Positions 1-11,323 of a stretch of 64,000 nucleotides of DNA are shown piece by piece. Below the pieces are notes generated by a model. That model saw only the letters and a program-made list of their open reading frames with translations. It was not told the DNA's origin and made no database searches. Made by a program: the position numbers and the translations under genes. Source of the DNA: Diplonema japonicum (taxonomy: Eukaryota > Protista > Euglenozoa: Diplonemea); the NCBI GenBank assembly GCA_964019335.1, contig OZ025681.1, positions 248,001 to 312,000 of the forward strand, read 5' to 3'. Position 1 is the first letter of the stretch; every line of letters begins with the position of its first letter.

Positions 1-2360
1 GGTACACGTCATCCGCGTACGAAAGTGACCAAGCTCCTGGTACTTCCGTCATCACGCACTTCACCATCACCGACACCAAGGCGTTCACCATGATTACCGA
101 GATGGGGCACCCTTGCAGGATACCATTCGTCACTCGGAACTCTGAGCCAACACCTGTCGGGAAACGGAATCGCCGCTTCAGGTTCGCATACATAGCTTTC
201 AAGGGGGTCAGTATCCGCTCGTGCAAACCGAGATCTTGCATCAGGCCAAAAGCTATCTGCTGTGGGACTCTGTCGAAGCACTTGACAAAATCCAACGCAA
301 TGCCGTTGAGAGGGGTGCCTGTCAACAGCGCCTCTTCGAGCTGTGTACTGAGCTCCATCAGAATGCTATCCGTGCCTCTCTTCGGTCTGAAACCATGCTG
401 AGAGTCGTCGATCCACTTCTCTTGCCACAGCGTGATGTCACGCAGCCTCGCACATGCCCACAGCCGATAGACCGCGCTCGTGACTGTGATCGGCCGATGG
501 TTCAGAGGAGTCCTCTCGCCACCCTTCGGGATCAACGTCACCAGCGCTGTCAGGAGTGCTTTCGGCCACTTCCCTGTCGTCTCGACTGCGTTGAACAGCT
601 CGGCCCAAGCATCCAGCAGTACTACCGGCATGGCACGCAGTTCCGCCATCCTCCATCCATCCACCCCTGGAGCCGTTCTCGTTGACTTCTTGGCCAACAC
701 CGCCCTCAGATCCTCTCCTGTAAGTGGTCGAAGTTCCATCTTCTGCGACACGATGTACTCCCTGTACCTCGTTCTAAAGGCGTTGTACTGCGGCTCTCCT
801 CGATCCCCACCGTACAGCTGAAAAATAGGGTCCCACTCCTTGTGCATCATCTTGTCCATCTCTTCAAGATCTGCCGTGAGAACCCCGTCGCCTTCCACTG
901 CCTGCGTTGCTGATGCCGTTGTGCCCTTCACGAAGGCGGTCACCCTCTTCCGTTCCTCCTTGAAGTGGGTGTTGATCCTCTCTTCATACTTCCTTTCACG
1001 CTCGACCCTCGCGTCCTTTGCGATCACTCGCGCCAGAGCGGACAGGTCGTCGTCTAGGCGTTGAAGTTTGATGATAATCGTTTCAAAATTGTCCTTCATC
1101 AGACCCACCTCGCATCTCGGAAGCTGCGGGAGCTTCGCTAGCACCTTTATAGCATTCGCCCAAGTCCTCAGCAGCTGCTCCGGCATGTTGCTTGCTAGTC
1201 CCCTGTCGAGCAGATCTTGGACTCCCGCAAGGATGTGCGAGACTTTCCGCTTCACCTCGGCGATGCACTTCTGCCAGCCCACTGCCGCACCTGTCGCCTC
1301 AACCACAGATTTCGCCGACAGGCACTTCTCCTTTGGTTGTCGCGCCACGCTTCTCCCGACGTAGGCCCTCCGTCTCACCGCTGGCAGGTCCCCGATGCAG
1401 CATTCCTCCGAAACGCACGCTAACGTACTATACGCATCGTCAATGTCGCCGTCGCCCAGCTTCTGCGCAAATCCCCCGACCTGTAGCAGCTCAGCAACTC
1501 GGTCATCATCAGCAGCTTCCATCGGCAACTCCCTCGGGACGAAGTATTTCCTCGTCATGCACTTGAGGGCCGGGATCCGGAGCTGGATTGAGAGGCAGCG
1601 GTGCTCGTTGGTGTAGACTGCGTCGTGTACCCACACCTTCTGTAGGCCTGCCGCCGCGATCGGGTTCAGCAGAACGTAGTCGATACGCGTCTTCGTGTTG
1701 GTGGCCTGCCTGGCAAAGGTGTGGCATGGTTCCACGCCATCCCTCTCGGCTTGCAGCATAGCAGCATCCACCCAATCGCTCCCCACCGCCTGTTGTAGCA
1801 CTCCCGACTGTGACACCGCGGTGTTGAAATCGCCTGCCACGATGATCGGTACGTCACCGAGGACGCATCTCATCTTGTTCAGGACCTTATCCAGCAGAGC
1901 CTCCCGCTGGTGCTTGCCGTGACCGCCCGAGTGACAGTAGACTACGATCAGGTAACCACATATCTCGACCATCTAGGTTGATCATCGAGTGTACCCACCT
2001 GTTGTCGTCAGCTCTTCCTGCCGTATCTTTTACCAGAGCAGGTCGGCGTCGCTGCACCAGCAGACCCACCCCGCCCCTCTTCGCCTTATCAGGAGACGCG
2101 AGTCCATCGACCACGATGCCTGGTTGCGGGCTCCCCCACAACGCGCGATACCTACCGTCGTCCTCGACGTGTCTCCCAACCATCTCCTGACCGTGCTCCG
2201 TCAGCTTCACTTCCTGCAGGCATGTCACGTCGCTCCCCATAGCCAGGACCTCGTCAACCTTGTTGCTCAGGGACCCCACATTGAGTGTGGTGATTATGAG
2301 CGAATCGGGGTCCCTGGCGCCACCCGACTGGACGTCCCTCCGGACGTCCCAGTCCGCACT
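1..2360 (-). CDS. LINE ORF2: APE endonuclease + reverse transcriptase (partial; 1-nt insertion at ~1954)
   Basis: In frame with ORF1 directly after TGA 2363-2361. After the extra T at 1954/55 the frame appears open to the window edge and contains the RT motifs including YADD. Confidence 0.92.
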
Positions 2361-4690
2361 TCAATTGAACTCGGTGTCGATGTCCTGGACAGCCAGGGGG
2401 GCGACCATCGGGGTTAGCTGCTGCTGCACAGGTGTCCCGCCAGCTGCCGCGGCACAAAGGGGGGTGCTGTTGGGCATGATCATCGGCGTCATCTCCCTGC
2501 CTATTCCAGCGGTGGGGACAAGGGCACCTGAGGCCGCTTTCTTGTTGCCCGGCTCGTCCTCGCACTTCCTCTTCCCGCCTGTCTTCCTTGCCGCTTTCGC
2601 CTGTGCCTGCATCTCCTTTTGGATTGAGCCCACCGCCTGTGCGAGGTTGTTCACCGCAGAAGCAATCACGTCCAACTGCTCCAGACGTGCAGCCATCACT
2701 CCCATCTGCTCGCTCAGCGTTTGCACGTTCTGTTGCACGGACATCAACAGGTTGGCCGTCGACGCGTTCTTCCTCTCCATGTCGACGAGCCGGGCCTCCA
2801 TGGTCTTCCTCTCCTGTTCGTTCTCCAGTTCCATCCTTCGCGCCCATTCCACGAACTGGTCGGTGGATGCGGTACCGGAGGTCGCAGATGGCGGTGCCGA
2901 CGCCGGCGCCTGCATCACCGGTGTCGTCTGCGGTTTGTAGAAATGCGTCGACTGCCCAGACTGCTGCGCTTGCCCAGGCTGCTGTGTCTCGGTCGCTTGT
3001 GGTTGAGGTTGAACTCCCGGTTGGGGTGCTGCAGTTGGATTCGGTGCTGGCCCAGCTTGTCTTCCCCACACGGCGTTCGGCGGCAAGGTGAAGACCGGCG
3101 TGTTCTTCACCTCCTTCTTCTTCTTATTCTTGCCCACCCTCAGCAGGTCCCCTTCCATCGGCTGGATGGCCCACCTCACTCCCTGGACTGTCAACACCAA
3201 GCTCCTTGGTTCGGTCGTCGCAGTCACCACCCACGTCTGTCTGCCACTATGCCTGTGCAGCTTCTTCCTCACCGTTGCTGGCCACCCGGAACGGCTCAGC
3301 TTGCCCTCGAGCTCCAGCCCGTTCATTGCTACCGGGACTCCCTGCACCTCGTAGTGGGCACCCTCCAGCAGGTCTACGGCGGTCGCTGTTGTCTTCAGAT
3401 CTGCATGGCGGTCCTTGAGGATCTGCCTTGCGGTGTTGAGTCCGTCCTTTGGCACCCGAACGCCGTACGTGACAGTCTTGCTCGATTTTTTCAGGGTCAA
3501 ACCCCATCCGCCGATGTCATTCTTCATCTTCAGGGCAACCTTCAGAGCCGTGTTCTCCAGCCAGATCACTGGCAGCAGGTCACGCGCCTCCCAAGGCTGC
3601 CTGACGAAAACGCCGTCCTTTCCGCTGCGCGTTAGGATCGCCTTAACGTCTTCCTTCTTTACCGTGATCGGTATTTCTAAAATACCGTCCTTCTTTCTGC
3701 CCCTCTTAGCGAGGTACCTCCCTGCGCGTTCTCTCAGCCATGCCAGCAGACGCGGCCGAGCTTTCTCGGCGTCCTGCGTCGTCTGCGCCAGGAGAAAAAG
3801 CTCTGCAGTGCACGTGGGCTCAGGCTCCTTCTCCTCCGTCTCCTCCATGTCCTCGACAGTCTCGCTAGTGGGCATTGCCGGGTCGCCGTGCCTTGCCGTC
3901 ACGTACAGGCGCCTGTACGTCTTGCCACGTCCCTCGTTTGTCACCAGGAGCCCTGCGGCACCAGGTACACCGCGCGCTCTTGCACCGTCTCCGGGCCCTG
4001 CCACTCCTGCACGTGGACCTGCCACTCATCTCCATCGAGGCACCCCTCGACGGGCTTGCATACTTCTTTCTTCTCGGGCTTCGAACCACCCTTGGCCACG
4101 CTGCGTAGAGGAATGGGGTATCTCGGCCTCGGCTCATACTCATCTGCGTCCGGCTTCCTCGCTCCTTCCTCCCTGCTGAGACACACGTAGTGGTCTCTCA
4201 CATACCCTAGCCACAGCTCCTGTGTGGTCACCATCCCACCCACCGGCCTGGAGGTGGTGCACACCAGGCGATCGTCCCGGACCGCGTACACACAGATCAC
4301 GCGGCCCATGGCTCGCGCCAGGGCATTCACCGCCATCCGGTCTCCCCACGTCCCCGGAAGAGCCACCAGCCGCTGGTACTCCTTCCACGCCCCCTCCGGG
4401 TCCTCTCCAATCATGAAGGACGAGAAGTCCTTCGTCGCCAGGTCTGCCGCCACTGCCTCCCTTAGGGCAGCGGCCCCGTCTCGCGCTCCGTGCACCGCGT
4501 ATGAGGCTGCCTCATACAAGCAGTCTCCCGGCCTCCTCCCCACGTCTTGGACCTTCCAGCCCATCCCCAGCCTGCCGGCTAGGTCGCCCACCGCTTCTCC
4601 TTGCCTGGTGGATTCGCCAGACCCCCCTTTTGGAGGAGCCTGCCCAGGAACCGCCCTCGTGGAGGCTCCACCTCGGCCTTTTGGTGGCAT
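2361..4690 (-). CDS. LINE ORF1 with N-terminal OTU cysteine-protease domain, Gln/Pro linker and C-terminal coiled coil (one frameshift at ~3950)
   Basis: ATG at 4690 (MPPKGRGG). OTU motifs PGDCLYEA (Cys 4522-4520), LREAVA, GTWGD, RDHY (His 4192-4190). Joins ORF 2361..4025 if one G is restored in CAG GG(G) CTC. Confidence 0.8.
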
Positions 4691-4734
4691 TTCTTCGCGA
4701 CTTTTGATGTTAAAAACCCGAAACCCAGTGTTCC

Positions 4735-4790
4735 CTGAAAAAAAAAGGAGGGGAGAGAGAGGGAGAAAAAAAAAAATAACATGTATAGAA
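4735..4790 (-). promoter_or_regulatory. Putative trans-splice acceptor (polypyrimidine tract + AG) 45 nt upstream of the LINE ORF1 ATG
   Basis: Minus strand: tctctctcccctcc(t)ncAG|ggaacac...ATG. Confidence 0.55.
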
Positions 4791-5863
4791 AATTGTTGCC
4801 CATGTAACCCAATCTCATTTAGAAAACCTTTTCCACAGATTCTTATGTTCGAAAAATACAAACAAAAGTTATTCTCCAGAGCTTACGAAAAAAAAAAAAA
4901 AAAAAAAAATGATGAACATGGACCTGTCCGGGAGATAGCGATGAACTTGAATTGAAAATAAAAAAAAAAAAAAAAAATGGGGCGAAACACATCACAGTGG
5001 CTTTTTTATTTTTTTCTATTATTTCTTCTTTTTTTTCTGTTTCTCTTTCTTTTTTTTCAAAGAAGGAGGGGGGGGAAAAAAAGAGAGAGAAAAATATGAT
5101 AAGAAGGCGCACAACGGCCGAGCTGTAGCTTCTCCTGCACTCCGACAACAGCACATCTGATGTACTTCTTTATATCTATGTTATCTTACCACCATACAAG
5201 AAAAAAAGAAAAAGGAAAAAAAGATAGTAATGGCAATCATTAGGTTATTTTATCTCGAATAAACCCAGTAAGCAGCTGTTAAGACAGTAAAAAGAAATAA
5301 AAGAGTCAGGTGGGAAATAAAACAATAATATATGAGTTAAAGGAAGTCTTTTATGAGACGCGCCCCCTTGTTCTCATCCACTACCTGCACCCTACAATAA
5401 TTAAAAAAGAAAATGGGAGGAACAATTCTTCTAATTTACTGTAAAAAAGAAAATCGTTTTTCTTTTTATTTTCTTGTAACCCTTGAATTTACTTTTCGGT
5501 TTGGAATCCCTTCGCAACTCATTTACTGACAAGTTGCTGTTTGTGCAAAGTCGGGAAAAAAAAGAATAGAGAAATCAGTCAACTGATGTGTTTCTCCTTC
5601 AAGCCGTCTTCACCTACAGGGTAGGGATAAACAGACAAGCTGCCTCTACTCTTTTGTGCACTTTTATCAAAGAAAAAAAAAAACAATTTTCCATTCCGAG
5701 ATACCGCTCTTCAGTGGGACAAGATTAAAAGAGATTCTTACAGTAATCAGTTGATAAAAGAATTCGGAGTTTCTTCTGGATTAAAAGAAAAAAAAAAATA
5801 AAAAATAAAAAAAATAGAATGTATCATAGTTCTGAAGTTTCCTTCTTCTTTTTTAAACTTTTT

Positions 5864-6241
5864 CTAAACCACATTTTGCGCGGGAGGACCACCCTGAGGG
5901 GGAGGATAAACGTAAACGGGCTCACCAGAATTCGCCTGCTGGGTAGGCTTGTTACAGCAGCACTTGACACAGCAGAAAATACAGAGGCCGATCCCAATAC
6001 ACGTCAGCACGCTGCCCACAACAATAAAAGCGATCGAGAAACCAGTCAGCTCGCAGTCGTAGAGGGGCGACACAATGTTGCTGTTCCTCTCACAGGTACT
6101 CCAAGGGCAGATGCACTTGTACTCAGTATACACCAGTCCTTCCGACGAGAGCTCCCTGTAACAGTAGTCAAGCTGCGGGTTGGTCTCATCACACCCGGAG
6201 ACAGCAAGAACAAACAGCGACAACACAGCGATAATTTTCAT
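5864..6241 (-). CDS. Small Shisa/WBP1-like single-pass membrane protein, paralog 1 (125 aa)
   Basis: Signal peptide, Cys-rich ectodomain, TM helix, juxtamembrane CCxxCCC, Pro/Tyr tail (VYVYPPP). Confidence 0.8.
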   Translation of the reverse strand: MKIIAVLSLFVLAVSGCDETNPQLDYCYRELSSEGLVYTEYKCICPWSTCERNSNIVSPLYDCELTGFSIAFIVVGSVLTCIGIGLCIFCCVKCCCNKPTQQANSGEPVYVYPPPQGGPPAQNVV

Positions 6242-6425
6242 TTTTTCTAATATTCCTGTGTTGAACTAACGGGGTAAGATTAAGGGTGAGGGGGGAGAAA
6301 ATGAGATGTATAGAAAATAGAAACCTTCCGGTTTTTACTTGTTGTGCCCATGCCCCATTGCTACGCTCATCCTGTCTAGCTGCGAGGCTCTCCTGTCGAT
6401 GCAACAGGAAAAAAAAAAAAAAAAA

Positions 6426-6570
6426 GAGTCAGTTGATTGTTGTTTGTGCACAGCTGGGATTAACCTGTAGAAGGATAAGCCCAACAATGCTACCACTACT
6501 CTTTTTAGCAATAACAATTCATTGTCAATATATTGTTTTTCTTTGTTCAAGCAAAAAAGAAACTCAAATT
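6426..6570 (-). repeat. Dispersed LINE-family-2 3'-tail module (other copies ~5303-5390, 10540-10655, 17950-17980, 23968-23995, 24105-24310, 28440-28488, 53513-53540)
   Basis: Core gtgcacagctggg..aacctgtagaaggataagcccaacaatgctaccactactc, shared with 14577-14800. Confidence 0.8.
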
Positions 6571-7104
6571 ACAGAAGTACTGATGAAATGTGGACCTTAA
6601 CGCAGTCAGTCCAGGAAGATAGCGATGAAAGTTGAAAGAAATAGAACGAAACACTTTAAACATCACAGTGGCCATTTTTTCATTTATTTTCTTTTCTTTA
6701 TTCAAAAAGATATTAAAAAAAAAAAAAAAAAAAAAAAAGAAGTTTGCGCTCCAAATCTCTAAAACCCCCGTTATGTAGGGAATTCGAACGGGAAAAAATC
6801 GGATGAAAGACTCTTTTCATTTGTACTTTTACAGGAAAATGACCAAAAACCTCAAATATTTTTTCAGTCCTCTAAACGGAGGAAACCGGGGTCAGAGATA
6901 TGATACGCATTATCATAACACGGGTTGGGGGGGGGGGGGGGTAAAGGAGAAATTTAAAGCTCGATCTATTCTCTGGCGAAAAAGTTTCTTTTTTTTTTAA
7001 TATTTTCCCAAAGCCGAAAGCGCATCGCACCAACAAGTAGCGGGGGGGGGGGGGGGGGGTAAGTTCCCTTTTTTAAAGATATTCACCTCCCCGCCCTATT
7101 CTTT

Positions 7105-7713
7105 TTACCTTTTCAGGTATTGATGTGGAGAGGGGGAATAAAATAAGAACCACTGATTTGAACTGTGAGAAAAAAAAATATCAACCATAAAAAAAAAAAA
7201 AAAAAGATACACCGCAGCAGAAATAATACAAAGGGGATCCCAAGACACTTCAGAATGCTCCCACAACTGCAACAAAGCGTTGTCATGAAAGTAGTCAGAT
7301 TGCTGCGTGCTTTCTTTTTTTCTTTTTTCTTTTTTTTTTTTTTCTTCGAAAAAAAATAGTTGAAACCCTGTCGCTGAGAAAGAAGTGAACAGGCAGGGAA
7401 AAAAGAAGAAAAAAAAAGGGGGAGGGGATTTCAAGGTGAAATAGGGAAACTGTATTTTTATTTACTACCAACAAATAATGATCTTACTGTTTACCTCGAG
7501 ATTTCGCATTTTCTGCCCATCCAGGGTCTTGAGGGATGGTCTATTCACCCGAGAGGTAAAGTCAATTCCTTTGGCAGTAGAGTAAAGTAGGTTTAAAAAA
7601 AAAAAATGGGAGAATTTCTTCTTTCTTTTTTCTTCTTTTTTTTGTTTCCCTTCTGATTACTGTAAAGTTGGGGGGTGTACATATACAAAGTCAGGTGTTT
7701 ATTTTCTGCACAG

Positions 7714-7752
<39 letters not shown>

Positions 7753-7980
7753 TCTCAATTTTTATTTTGTGGTGCTAAGCAGTATTTGACACATCGATTG
7801 TGACACTTCGCCCCGAAGCCTCCGAAATCCCCTGTGGTCCGTAGAAAGTATTCAGAACATAATCTCCTTTCCGGACTGTGCCTGGACAAGATTAAGAGAT
7901 TCTACGGTAATCAGTTGGTGAAAATAATAAAAAAAAAATAATATAAAAAAAAAAGAGAAAATAAAAAGAGTCAGCCAACG
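7105..7980. repeat. Duplicated downstream/3'UTR block of the Shisa-like genes (second copy ~9680-10545; short remnant ~5715-5760)
   Basis: Long near-identical stretches, e.g. 7240-7310 vs 9897-9970 and 7455-7590 vs 10080-10215. Confidence 0.85.
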
Positions 7981-8872
7981 CTGCCCACGATATGCTCGGG
8001 GGGGGTCTTTACGATGCTCGGGGGTCTTTTTTTTCTCCTTAACCACTAAAGGACCATGAGGACATATGTGTTCTTAAGAATTATATTTTCTATGTGACAC
8101 TTTTTTTTGTGCCCAACAGCCCCAGACCTTACAAAGACCCATTGTTTTAAATTGTTTTAAAGCTGAAATACCCTTTTGCGCGCACCGTGTTTTTCAACCA
8201 AGCTAATAACGGATAATCTCTAATTACCAGCTCTTCTGGTATGCATGCGATTGGAGGTTCGGCGCAACAGAAAATACATCCCCGTGGGCACGGTTCAACT
8301 CCGGAAGACGACAGTGGGCAGAAAACGAAAAAGGAGGCAAGCAAACAAATCTCACGTCATGACAGAGTCATGCGGCAGAGCTCGGACAGCATCCGGTTCC
8401 TCTTGTGATAACCTTGCCTTTAATTTCTTCGACTGCTGAGCAAGGTCGCTCGCAATCGTCAGTATTTTGTCGTATATTTCCTCTCCCGACCCCGTATGAA
8501 TAATAAGTAGCCCCCCTGCATGAAAAATAAACTAGACCTCCTTTATCCCCTGGGGCACGTGTTTTTTACAGGGTACAATGTGGTTAAACTCACCCATTCT
8601 TTTTTTCCAGGATCATAAATACGACCCCCGGTCCTTTAATGGTTAAGTTGTTCTTTTTTGAGGGGAGGAATAAAAATAAAAAAAATAAAAAAGAACAAAA
8701 AAAAAGAGACATTTAAGGGTACCTGCGGTATGTGACAGGACGCCTGAAGAGTCTCAATCTATCTCTTGATCGAAAAAATAGAAAATAGAAGAATGTATCA
8801 TATGTTTTCGGAGTTTTGTTCCGTCGGATCAGCCTGAAGTTACCCCTTTTTTTTTCTTTTCAACTTCTTCTC

Positions 8873-9370
8873 CTAAGCTACACTTGGCACAGGAGGAGCC
8901 TGGGTACCACCCTGAGGGGCAGGATAGGCACCACCCTGAGGGATAGTACAGGTACCATTCTGAGGGGCAGGACAGGCACCATCCTGAGGGGGAGGATAGG
9001 CCCCACCCAGAGGGGGGGGAGGATAGGTAGAAACACCACCTTGAGTGGCAGGATAGACAACAACAGCCTCAACTGGATTGACCTGCTGGGTAGGACTGTG
9101 ACAGCAGCACCTGACGCAGCAGAAAATACAGAGGCCGATCCCAACACACGTCAGCACGCTGCCCACAACAATAAAAGCGATCGAGAAACCAGTCAGCTTG
9201 CAGTCGTAGAGGGGCGACACAGTGTTGCTGTTCCTCTCACAGGTACTCCAAGGGCAGATGCACTTGTACTCAGAAAACACCTCCCTGTAACAGTAATCGT
9301 CCTGCGGGTTGGTCTCATCACACCCGGAGACAGCAAGAACAAACAGCGACAACACAGCGATAACCTTCAT
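8873..9370 (-). CDS. Shisa/WBP1-like membrane protein, paralog 2 (165 aa)
   Basis: Start MKVIAV at 9370 by homology to paralog 1. Tail extended by 8-aa GAYP(A/P)PQG-like repeats. Confidence 0.8.
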   Translation of the reverse strand: MKVIAVLSLFVLAVSGCDETNPQDDYCYREVFSEYKCICPWSTCERNSNTVSPLYDCKLTGFSIAFIVVGSVLTCVGIGLCIFCCVRCCCHSPTQQVNPVEAVVVYPATQGGVSTYPPPPLGGAYPPPQDGACPAPQNGTCTIPQGGAYPAPQGGTQAPPVPSVA

Positions 9371-10706
9371 ATTCCTTCTTTTTCTTTTGTTCTTTGTATT
9401 CCTGTGTTGAACTAACGGGGTAAGATGAAGAGGGAGGGGGGGGGGGGGGGAAATGATGCTTCTACTTGTTGTGCCCATGCCCCATTGCTACGCTCATCCT
9501 GTCTAGCTGCGATCTCCTGTCGATGCAACACAAGGGGTTGACGCGTTCCACTGGGCCCCTGCCATCAGCATGGCTGAAGTCTTGGGGAACAGGAAACCCG
9601 CAAACCCGGGTTTGAGGTGTTGGGTAACTGGAAAAAAAAAAAGAAAAGAATGATGAAATGTGGACTCCTGGAATGCAGCCTACCTTTTCAGGTTTAGATG
9701 AGAGAAGGGGGGAGGTATGTTAAAAAACTGTTCGTATTTGAAATGTGAGAAAAAGAAATATCAACCATACAACAAAAGAACAAGAATAAAAAAAAGAAAA
9801 AAGTATACATCGGGTGTGGTGGGAGTGCTTTTCTTGTGCCTCTTCTTCCCTTTCTGATGGGGAGGAAAGTGCAGTCGCTCCGTAACAGAGAACGCCCAAG
9901 ACACTTCAGAATGCTCCCACAACTGCAACAAAGCGTTGTCATGAAAGTAGTCAGATTGCTGCGTGCTTTCGATGATTCCCTTTCTTTTTTCTTTTTTTTC
10001 CTTTGAAAAAAATAGTTGAAACCCTGTAGCTTAGCAAGAAGTGAACAGACAGGGGAACAAAAAAGAGATAGAGAAAGCTGTATTTTTATTTACTGCCAAC
10101 AAATAATGATCTTACTGTTTACCTCGAGATTTCGCATTTTCTGCCCATCCAGGGTCTTGAGGGATGGTCTATTCACTCGAGAGGTAAAGTCAATTCCTTT
10201 GGCAGTAGAGTAAAGTAGGTATAAAAAAAATGGGAGAATTTCTTCTTTTTTTTTTTCTTCTTTTTTTTTGATTCCCTTCTGATTACTGTAAAGTTGGGGG
10301 GTGTGTGGTTTATACAAAGTAACAAAAAAAAAAAAAAAAAAAAAAAACTGTTTCGATTTTAGTGGTGCCAAGCAGTATGTGACACAGCGATCCTTGTGAC
10401 ACTTCGCCCCGAAGTCCCCTGTGGTCCAAGAAAGATTTGTTCAGAACATAATCTCCTTTCCGGACTGTGCCTGGACAAGATTAAGAGATTCTACGGTAAT
10501 CAGTTGGTGAAAAAAAAAAAACTTTTAAATAAAAATAAAGAGTCGGCGAATCTTTTTGTTGTTTTGTGCAAGATTGGGTTTATCCTGCACAAGGAACAAA
10601 AAAAGAAATATATGAGTTAAAGGAAGTCGTTGATAGACGCCACTTTGTTCTCATCTTCAATAAATAATAGAAATGTATCGTTTTTTTGGATGAAGTTCTT
10701 CTTCTC

Positions 10707-11123
10707 CTAAGCTACACTTGGCACAGGAGGAGCCTGGGTACCATCCTGAGGGGGAGGATAGGCCCCACCCAGAGGGGGGGGAGGATAGGTAGAAACACCA
10801 CCTTGAGTGGCAGGATAGACAACAACAGCTTCAACAGGATTCGCCTGCTGGGTTGGACTGTTACAGCAGCACTTGACACAGCAGAAAATACAGAGGCCGA
10901 TCCCAATACACGTCAGCACGCTGCCCACAACAATAAAAGCGATCGAGAAACCAGTAATCTTGCAGTCGTAAGTGCTGCCGCTCTTCTCACAGGTACTCCA
11001 AGGGCATCTGCACGTGTACTCCGAAAACAGCTCCCTGTAACAGTAGTCATTCTGCGGGCTAGTCTCATCACACCCGGAGACAGCAAGAACAAACAGCGAC
11101 AACACAGCGATAAATCGATCCAT
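10707..11123 (-). CDS. Shisa/WBP1-like membrane protein, paralog 3 (138 aa)
   Basis: Same architecture and high similarity to paralogs 1 and 2. Confidence 0.8.
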   Translation of the reverse strand: MDRFIAVLSLFVLAVSGCDETSPQNDYCYRELFSEYTCRCPWSTCEKSGSTYDCKITGFSIAFIVVGSVLTCIGIGLCIFCCVKCCCNSPTQQANPVEAVVVYPATQGGVSTYPPPPLGGAYPPPQDGTQAPPVPSVA

Positions 11124-11323
11124 TGTTTCTTTTTTTTTCTTTTTTTTTTTTCTTCCTTTCCTCGGCTTTTCCTTTATGTTGAACTAAACACGAAATGAAA
11201 GAAAAGAGAGAAGGAAAAAAAAAAAAAAAAACAGAACTTAACTTATCTTTTCCTCCCTTTTCTTTTTTATTTTCCTCCAGCCCCCCAACTGTATCAACGT
11301 TCACAATTTCTTTGACAAGGCTC

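Larger units (their letters stand above)
1..4735 (-). mobile_element. Non-LTR retrotransposon (APE-type LINE): OTU-ORF1, in-frame TGA, APE endonuclease, reverse transcriptase; 3' part runs off the window
   Basis: Manual translation shows APE motifs (IITTLNVGSL, CLQEVK, IIVAGDFN, RIDYVL, NEH) and RT motifs (TAPGVDG, LIPKG, HRPITV, QHGFRPKRGT, LDFVKCFDRV, GILQGCPIS, YADD at 19-8). Two 1-nt frameshifts at ~3950 and ~1955. Confidence 0.95.

Noticed and set aside
3941-3960. Programmed -1 frameshift between OTU and the rest of ORF1
   Set aside because: No slippery heptamer; a one-base loss in a G-run is the simpler explanation.
4909-6640. TGATGA...TTGA motifs as C/D snoRNA, SECIS or hammerhead ribozyme
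   Set aside because: They are antisense to the array, lack a conserved CTGA D box across copies and lack proper hammerhead stems. Treated as repeat module M.
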